A stretch of 32,000 bases of DNA from positions 7,125 through 39,124 of the forward strand of contig CALVRH010000009.1 in NCBI GenBank assembly GCA_944358535.1. Direction: 5' to 3'. Numbering within the stretch: the first letter of the stretch is position 1; each line of letters begins with the position of its first letter. Below are positions 26,435 through 32,000 of the stretch, one piece after another. The notes below the pieces were generated by a model. It saw nothing but the letters and a program-made list of their open reading frames with translations, did no database searches and had not been told where the DNA came from. Made by a program: the position numbers and the translations under genes. The stretch comes from an uncultured Bacilli bacterium (GTDB lineage: Bacteria > Bacillota_I > Bacilli_A > RF39 > UBA660).

Positions 26435-27369
26435 TAATATTTACCGCATTTACTACCCCATGAGTCGACTAGTTCATTATTACGATATATTTTAAGTAGC
26501 TCGCAGCTATTTGGACAGCGATGACATTCAAAAGCTTTGGTTTGAAATTTTATGTTTTTCATTTCTAACGAGTAAGTATGGCCTGTTTTATGTTTTTTAG
26601 CTAAAACAGCAATGCCAATAGCTCCCATTAGATGACTATTTTCATCGACGATGATGTCTTCATTTAATATTTCTTTAAAGTATTTTACAACACCTTTATT
26701 TTTAGATACCCCTCCTTGAAAGATGACTGGACCAATTATTTTTTTCCCTTTACCAACGTTATTTAAATAATTTAAGACAACACTTTTACAAAGTCCAGCA
26801 ATGATATCTTCTTTGGGGTAACCAACCTGCGCTTTATGAACTAGATCAGATTCGGCAAAGACGGTACATCTAGCGGCTATTTTGACGGGGTTTTTAGATT
26901 TTAAGGCATAGTCTCCAAATTCTTCAACTTTTATACCTAATCTTTTGGCTTGACTTGATAAAAAAGAGCCAGTTCCTGCTGCACATAAGGTATTCATAGC
27001 ATAGTTAGTGATGATACCGTTTTTAATTAGAATTATTTTAGAGTCTTGGCCGCCTATTTCTAATATGGTTCTAACATCTGGATAGAATGTTAATGTACCA
27101 ATGGCGTGAGCGGTTATCTCGTTTTTGACAACCGAAGCTTTAAGCATTAGACCAATTAATTTTCTAGCGCTTCCTGTGGTTCCTATGCCTTTTATTTGAC
27201 AGTTTTTAGGCAAGTGTTTTTTTAATATATCTAAAAGTTTTCTTACAGCATTAGTAGGATTACCTTCGGTCCATATATAAGCTTTGGTAATAATTTTATT
27301 TTCATCATCAATAATAACTCCTTTGGTTGAAATGGAGCCAATATCAACACCTAAGTAACAATCTTTCAT
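26434..27369 (-). CDS. BcrAD_BadFG-family ATPase (2-hydroxyacyl-CoA dehydratase activase-like)
   Basis: 311 aa. ASKHA start YLGVDIGSISTKGVII. Cluster-ligand contexts LCAAGTGSFL and ARCTVFAESD. C-terminal Cys motif CHRCPNSCE...GSKCGKY. ATGA overlap with the upstream gene. Confidence 0.82.
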   Translation of the reverse strand: MKDCYLGVDIGSISTKGVIIDDENKIITKAYIWTEGNPTNAVRKLLDILKKHLPKNCQIKGIGTTGSARKLIGLMLKASVVKNEITAHAIGTLTFYPDVRTILEIGGQDSKIILIKNGIITNYAMNTLCAAGTGSFLSSQAKRLGIKVEEFGDYALKSKNPVKIAARCTVFAESDLVHKAQVGYPKEDIIAGLCKSVVLNYLNNVGKGKKIIGPVIFQGGVSKNKGVVKYFKEILNEDIIVDENSHLMGAIGIAVLAKKHKTGHTYSLEMKNIKFQTKAFECHRCPNSCELLKIYRNNELVDSWGSKCGKY

Positions 27370-28430
27370 TTTTCTTTCCTCATTTCTAACATATCATAAA
27401 AGGCTTCTAGTCTAGTTTCAACACCTGTTTGTGAAGTGGCGGAATCAAAACTAAAGAATAATACGGGTTTTTGATACTGATTAGCTATTTTACTAATTAT
27501 GGGCATAGCCCCAATTTCAGGGGTACAAAATGACGACTTTATATGAATGATACCATCATAATTTTTTTGGCAAAGGTATTTACATCTAGCGATATTATCG
27601 CTCGCATCAGCGCCCATATTGTATTTGAAATAGTTTTTAGCATACTTTTTAATTTTTTTATATTCTTTAGCTTTTTCTATTAGTAAATAGTGGACATTAG
27701 TAAAACGTTTTATCTCTATATGATGTTTAGCTAAAGATTTTTCTAAATAATAATTGGAAAATGGTTCCATGATGGTATATAATTCTCCTATTATTCCGAT
27801 TTTTAGTCTATTGTCGGGTTTATGAGTTTTTAATTTATGAAATTTTTTTAAGTATTTTTGATAAGTTCTATAAAGATGTCTAAAGTTTTTTATATGGCTA
27901 AATTCAACTAACATTTCTTCTTTTAGAGATTCAAATGAACCTTCTATTTGTTCGAAACCAATATTTTCTCTAATATAATTATCAATGATGTCCATATATT
28001 TAACCATTTTTAGGGTCACGAATGTATAGTAAATGGTTTTTAATTTGGAATATTTAGGGTTTATTTGTTTTAAAAGATTATTTATTCTTTTAAAATTGGT
28101 TTCCCCTTTTGTAACTAAATTAATTATTTTACATTTATAGCCTAAATCTTTTAAGATTTGTTCTTGCAATTCGGCATAATATCCATAACGACAACCGCCA
28201 CCCATTTGAATTAAAATGTCGGCCCCTTGTTCTAAGCTTTCAATCATGGTTCCTAAGGTATATTTAAAAGGTGTACAGACAAATTCTGGAGAGTATTTAG
28301 TACCAATTTCGATAGTTTTTGAGGTTATTTTTGGGGCTTTAATTATTTGATCATTTGGAAAGACATGAGAGAGCAAATATGAGGCTGGAATATGATAATC
28401 ACCCATTTGGGGAAAGGCTATTTTAGTCAT
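27366..28430 (-). CDS. Acyl-CoA dehydratase activase-related protein (HgdB/D-component-like)
   Basis: 354 aa. KIAFPQMGDYHIPASYLL...SPEFVCTPFKYTLGTMIESLEQGADILIQMGGGCRYGYY resembles the C-terminal part of the large fused 'CoA-substrate-specific enzyme activase' proteins. 8-nt overlap with the upstream gene. Confidence 0.65.
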   Translation of the reverse strand: MTKIAFPQMGDYHIPASYLLSHVFPNDQIIKAPKITSKTIEIGTKYSPEFVCTPFKYTLGTMIESLEQGADILIQMGGGCRYGYYAELQEQILKDLGYKCKIINLVTKGETNFKRINNLLKQINPKYSKLKTIYYTFVTLKMVKYMDIIDNYIRENIGFEQIEGSFESLKEEMLVEFSHIKNFRHLYRTYQKYLKKFHKLKTHKPDNRLKIGIIGELYTIMEPFSNYYLEKSLAKHHIEIKRFTNVHYLLIEKAKEYKKIKKYAKNYFKYNMGADASDNIARCKYLCQKNYDGIIHIKSSFCTPEIGAMPIISKIANQYQKPVLFFSFDSATSQTGVETRLEAFYDMLEMRKEK

Positions 28431-29325
28431 TTAATTTTCCTCCTAACATGTCTAGAAAGCTTTCAAGTCTTGTTTCTAGTCCAGTAAATGATGAATTATC
28501 ATCAATAACAAGGTTTAAGTAGGGTTTTTTTATTTTTCTCATGGCAAGTTCGTTGGCCAAGCTATCTGGGCCACAAGGAAATGATGATATGAAAATTATA
28601 CCGTTTATTTTCTTTCGAGTATATGCGATAGCACCTAAATTATCTTTGCTGTATTTAAAGTATAGATCTTTAGAGATTTCTTTACTTAAGGGATTAGTGA
28701 TTTTAGAATCAAATTTGTCTGAATAAATTATTTCAATGTTGTTTTTAAGTAAATATTTAATGATATCTTTACCAATCAATTCATCGTAAACGTTATAAGG
28801 ATGACCAACTATAAGAATTTTGGTTTTTTTTACTTTTAATTTATTTTGATTAATTTGATGATTTTTTTTAACTTGTTTTTTATGTTTAATTATGGCGTAT
28901 TTGTAAGCTCTTTTTATTTGAGGAGATGATTTATTTAAAGCTTTACCAATTTTATATAGTCCTTTTTTGAGGGTTTGTCCTTTTTCTAAGTCAATATTAT
29001 AATGTAGTATATTTATATTAAAAATATTTTTAACGATATCGTAGGCAGCCCAAAAATTAGTGCATGTTTGATTACTATTTTTAAAGTTACTTATTCTTGG
29101 AACTAAGATATAATCGCATTTATCTTTTAAATAGTCTACGTGTCCTAAATAGTTTTTTAAAGAAAGGCACATTTCACTATTTGATGTTTTTATTCCTCTA
29201 TCCATGATTTCTTTATTGGTTATCGGACTTACAATATAATTGATTTTTAAGGCGGTAAAAAAATCTTCCCAGATATTTCCATAATAGTAATAAAACAGAC
29301 TACGAGGAATGCCGACTGTATTCAT
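28423..29325 (-). CDS. Acyl-CoA dehydratase activase-related protein (DUF2229-like)
   Basis: 300 aa. VGIPRSLFYYYYGNIWEDFFTALKINYIVSPITNKEIMDRGIKTSNSEMCLSLKNYLGHV matches the IGIPRAL..Y..P.W..FF..LG...S..T.K......C.P.K...GH signature of the DUF2229 region. Confidence 0.65.
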   Translation of the reverse strand: MNTVGIPRSLFYYYYGNIWEDFFTALKINYIVSPITNKEIMDRGIKTSNSEMCLSLKNYLGHVDYLKDKCDYILVPRISNFKNSNQTCTNFWAAYDIVKNIFNINILHYNIDLEKGQTLKKGLYKIGKALNKSSPQIKRAYKYAIIKHKKQVKKNHQINQNKLKVKKTKILIVGHPYNVYDELIGKDIIKYLLKNNIEIIYSDKFDSKITNPLSKEISKDLYFKYSKDNLGAIAYTRKKINGIIFISSFPCGPDSLANELAMRKIKKPYLNLVIDDNSSFTGLETRLESFLDMLGGKLND

Positions 29326-29412
29326 ATTATCACCACTAAAAATATATTAAGACTTTTTAAATTTTATGAATAATTAATTTAAACTGACAGATTATATTAA
29401 AGGGAGGTAATT

Positions 29413-29574
29413 ATGGAAAAACAAAAAATTAATTGCAGTGTTTACGATTGTAAATACTGTGATGTTATGAAAGATTTATGTGGGCTTAAGCAGATAAAAG
29501 TGGCTTGCTGCCGCGGAGATAGTGCGAAGGAATCAACGATGTGTGACAGCTATGAGAAAACAAATTTAGATTAA
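29413..29574 (+). CDS. Small Cys-rich protein, DUF1540-like (not in the ORF track; 53 aa)
   Basis: My translation: MEKQKINCSVYDCKYCDVMKDLCGLKQIKVACCRGDSAKESTMCDSYEKTNLD. AGGGAGG SD at 29401-29407 and a terminator directly downstream. The pattern C.V..C.Y......C....I.V...........T.C.S(Y/F) fits DUF1540. Confidence 0.65.
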   Translation: MEKQKINCSVYDCKYCDVMKDLCGLKQIKVACCRGDSAKESTMCDSYEKTNLD

Positions 29575-29599
29575 TGAACAAAATGCCAAAATAAATTTT

Positions 29600-29850
29600 G
29601 ACATTAGCTTACCTCACGGTAAGCTTTTTCTACTTCATAGCAGCCTTAGGCTTCTCCATAGACCAGTATCGGATAGTCGCTACCCTAATTTATATTTGTT
29701 GTTTGTCAAAATTTATGATTAGATAGATTGTTCTAGATATAACATATATTTTTCTAAACCTTTAAACATTATATTAACTGCCGCATTATAATCACGTTCA
29801 TGATGTGTATGACATACTGGACATTCCCATTTTCTTATGCTTAAATCTTT
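29600..29850 (-). ncRNA. Candidate TnpB-associated omega/right-end RNA scaffold (boundaries approximate)
   Basis: Directly 3' of the tnpB stop on the minus strand lies an unusually GC-rich, hairpin-forming stretch (…GGGTAGCGACTATCCGATACTGGTCTATGGAGAAGCCTAAGGCTGCTATGAAG…AGCTTACCGTGAGGTAAGCT). In known TnpB systems the guide RNA overlaps the tnpB 3' end and the IS right end. Confidence 0.35.
29605..29629 (+). terminator. Rho-independent terminator after the DUF1540-like ORF (could also be the IS right-end hairpin)
   Basis: AGCTTACC (29605-29612) / GGTAAGCT (29617-29624) with loop TCAC, followed by TTTT. Confidence 0.55.
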
Positions 29851-30867
29851 TACCTCTCTATTTTGATAATTACAAATGTTACAGATTTGACTACTTGGGT
29901 AAAATCTGTCTATTTGTATTAATTTTTTGTTATTCCAATTAGCTTTGTACTTAAGCACTCTGATTATTTCTGATATTGGATTTTCATTTAGTCCTTTTGC
30001 CACATAGTGATTTTTCTGCATATTTCTTACATCTAAATCTTCAGTTACTATAATGTCATTTTCGTTTATTAATTTATTGGTTATATCATGTATCATATGT
30101 TTTCTTGCATTTCTTATTTTTTGATATAACCTTTGTATTTTAAGTTTCATTTTATATCTGTTTTTACTTCCAGACTTACATCTAGATATTCCTCTTTGTA
30201 AACCTACCATTCTTTTATTGTTTAGTTTAATGGTATTTTCTATTTTCTCATTAAATGATGTTACTATTAAATCTTTTATTCCTAAATCTATACCAATTAT
30301 ACTTGTAGGTACAAAAGATGGTCTTATTAGTTCTTCTTCTATTAAAACACTTACATAATATTTACCGGCATCTTTTTTAATTACTGCACTTTTAATCTCA
30401 CCAGGCACTACTTCTTTATTTCTATATCCTCTTATTTTTACTTCTTTTAATTTTGGTAAAGTGATTGTTTTATTTTTTAAATCTAGTTTTATACTATTAT
30501 AATTATTTCCTTTATAACTACTTTTAATATTATTAGTTTTATAACTTTCATGTACTCCTTTTGCTTTAAATTTAGGATAACCGTTTCCATTAAAAAATCT
30601 TTTATAAGCATCTTCTAAATTAAATAGACTATTTCGAAGTGCACAGCTATCTACTTCTTTCAAAAACGGATACTCTTTAGAAAGTGATGGTATTAATTTC
30701 ATTTGTTCATAAGCTGATTTACTTTTTCCAGTTTTTTTATATTCTTTTATTTTATCATCCAAAAAATGATTATATATAAATCTAGAGCAACCAATTGTTT
30801 TATTAATTAACTCTTCTTGCTCTTTAGTTGGATACATTCTAAACACATAGCCTTTAAGTACTTGCAT
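29719..30867 (-). CDS. tnpB: TnpB (IS200/IS605-family OrfB, RuvC-like RNA-guided nuclease)
   Basis: LKGYVFRMYPTKEQEELINKTIGCSRFIYNHFL N-terminus. RuvC-I IGIDLGIKD, RuvC-II IIVTEDLD, zinc ribbon CNICNY...CPVCHTHH, RuvC-III RDYNAAVNI. The start is probably ATG 30867 (MQVLKGY) rather than 30885. Confidence 0.9.
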   Translation of the reverse strand: MQVLKGYVFRMYPTKEQEELINKTIGCSRFIYNHFLDDKIKEYKKTGKSKSAYEQMKLIPSLSKEYPFLKEVDSCALRNSLFNLEDAYKRFFNGNGYPKFKAKGVHESYKTNNIKSSYKGNNYNSIKLDLKNKTITLPKLKEVKIRGYRNKEVVPGEIKSAVIKKDAGKYYVSVLIEEELIRPSFVPTSIIGIDLGIKDLIVTSFNEKIENTIKLNNKRMVGLQRGISRCKSGSKNRYKMKLKIQRLYQKIRNARKHMIHDITNKLINENDIIVTEDLDVRNMQKNHYVAKGLNENPISEIIRVLKYKANWNNKKLIQIDRFYPSSQICNICNYQNREVKDLSIRKWECPVCHTHHERDYNAAVNIMFKGLEKYMLYLEQSI

Positions 30868-31110
30868 ACCATCACCTTCTATCATTGCTCTTCACTATAT
30901 CACGAATAGTTATATTTGTAAATAACTTTTTGCAAACTTTTACCTTTTACAAAGCAAATTCCTAGTATATAAAAAAATTGCGATGGTGCATAAACTTATA
31001 CATCGCTTTTTTGTTATGTGTTAAATAAAAGTATTTTGGGTAAAATTTACTAAAAATGTATATAGATTTTCATTTATTTGGTATAATTAAATGTGTTAGG
31101 AGGCGGTTTT

Positions 31111-32000
31111 GTGCATATTAAGTTACTTTCCAACGCTGAGTTTTTAGAGTTTACAAAACAATTTAAACCTGGGTCAATTTACCAAACTCCTTATTATGCG
31201 TTTACAATGCACGAAGAGAATTACAGTTCAATGTTTGTAGGACTTATGGATGGGAATGTTTTAAAAGCGGCTTCTTTAATTTTAATATATAAAGTTAATG
31301 GTTTTAAGTATGCTTTAGCGCCTAGAGGATTTTTAATTGATTATAACGATGAAAAGTTACTAGCGACTTTTACTAAATTGATTAAAAAGTTTTTAGGAAA
31401 GAAAGATATTGTGGCAATCAAAATTAATCCAATGATTATTAGAAAAGTATATAACAGTGCAGGACATGAAATTAGTTTTAATGAGTTATATGATAAAACG
31501 TTTAATGATATGAAGAAACTTGGGTTTTTTCATTTAGGATATAATAATTATTTTGAAGCTTTGAAACCAAGGTTTGAGGCTTACATTAATTTAGATTTAA
31601 ATTATATTAAATTATTTGGAAATATTGATAAGAGTTGCCGCAATAAGATTAGAAAAGCGGTTCGTGATGGTATTAAGGTTTATCATGGCAGTGAGAATGA
31701 TTTAAAGTATTTATATGAGCAAACTAAGGATGATTATCCAAGAGATTTACATTATTTTAAAAATTTATACAAGTTTTTTGGTAAGGATGAGCTTGTAGAT
31801 TTTTACTACAGCAAATTAGATACGACTGATTACCTACAATATACCCAAGATATGTATAACAAATATTCACTTAGGAGTTCTGAACTTAGTAAAAGTTTAA
31901 TTTCACAAAAAGGAAATTTGGATAAGATTATTAATGAAAAGTTAGAGGTTGACAAAAACGTTGTTAAATATCGCAATCAGTTAGCAGAAGCTACAGAGTA
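31111..32000 (+). CDS. FemAB-family peptidoglycan interpeptide-bridge aminoacyltransferase (5' part; runs off the window)
   Basis: Open frame from GTG 31111 (AGGAGG SD at 31099-31104) to the window end with no stop (my translation: VHIKLLSNAEFLEFTKQFKPGSIYQTPYYAFTM...SCRNKIRKAVRDGIKVY...). It has a FemA/FemX/MurM-like look. It is absent from the ORF track because it is GTG-started and open-ended. Confidence 0.7.
   Translation, partial: MHIKLLSNAEFLEFTKQFKPGSIYQTPYYAFTMHEENYSSMFVGLMDGNVLKAASLILIYKVNGFKYALAPRGFLIDYNDEKLLATFTKLIKKFLGKKDIVAIKINPMIIRKVYNSAGHEISFNELYDKTFNDMKKLGFFHLGYNNYFEALKPRFEAYINLDLNYIKLFGNIDKSCRNKIRKAVRDGIKVYHGSENDLKYLYEQTKDDYPRDLHYFKNLYKFFGKDELVDFYYSKLDTTDYLQYTQDMYNKYSLRSSELSKSLISQKGNLDKIINEKLEVDKNVVKYRNQLAEATE

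Larger units (their letters stand above)
29600..31012 (-). mobile_element. TnpB-only IS200/IS605-type (IS1341-like) element; ends not defined
   Basis: tnpB has no adjacent tnpA. Structured regions lie on both sides: 29600-29718, and a hairpin GCGATG...CATCGC at 30980-31006. Exact LE/RE cannot be called without other copies. Confidence 0.4.

Overview
Very AT-rich, low-GC Bacillota-type chromosomal segment. It uses the standard code (TGA as stop, TGG for Trp), GGAGG/GGTGA-type ribosome-binding sites and tightly packed operons. A FemAB-family gene implies a peptidoglycan wall. It looks like an Erysipelotrichales/Clostridia-like organism, but the taxon cannot be fixed from sequence alone. The first ~9 kb is housekeeping: folD-ackA, tRNA-Arg(CCG), ftsY-ylxM followed by a HerA/DUF87-like ATPase with a coupled membrane protein, rnj and eno. 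From a stand-alone tRNA-Arg(UCU) at ~10.4 kb onward the window is mostly accessory, apart from topA. This part holds a co-directional cassette: a RyR-domain/Rossmann membrane protein, a TIR-NB-ARC-TPR STAND NTPase and a helical ORFan. It also holds an arylsulfotransferase-like exported protein and a 1039-aa Mrr-like nuclease-STAND (Avs-like) protein. Next comes a membrane-anchored lectin-like protein whose C-terminal 117 nt are an adenine-depleted, ~56% GC patch resembling a diversity-generating retroelement variable region. No TR or RT is in the window. Further on are an XRE regulator with two tandem paralogous HTH-metallophosphoesterase genes behind a triple-repeat operator region, and a three-gene split 'acyl-CoA dehydratase activase-like' cluster. 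A small DUF1540-like ORF (below the ORF-track cutoff), a TnpB-only IS200/IS605-type element with a structured downstream RNA region, and a GTG-initiated partial FemAB gene at the right edge complete the window. I saw no CRISPR array, rRNA, integrase or phage structural genes. All family assignments are motif recognition by eye and need HMM or structure confirmation.
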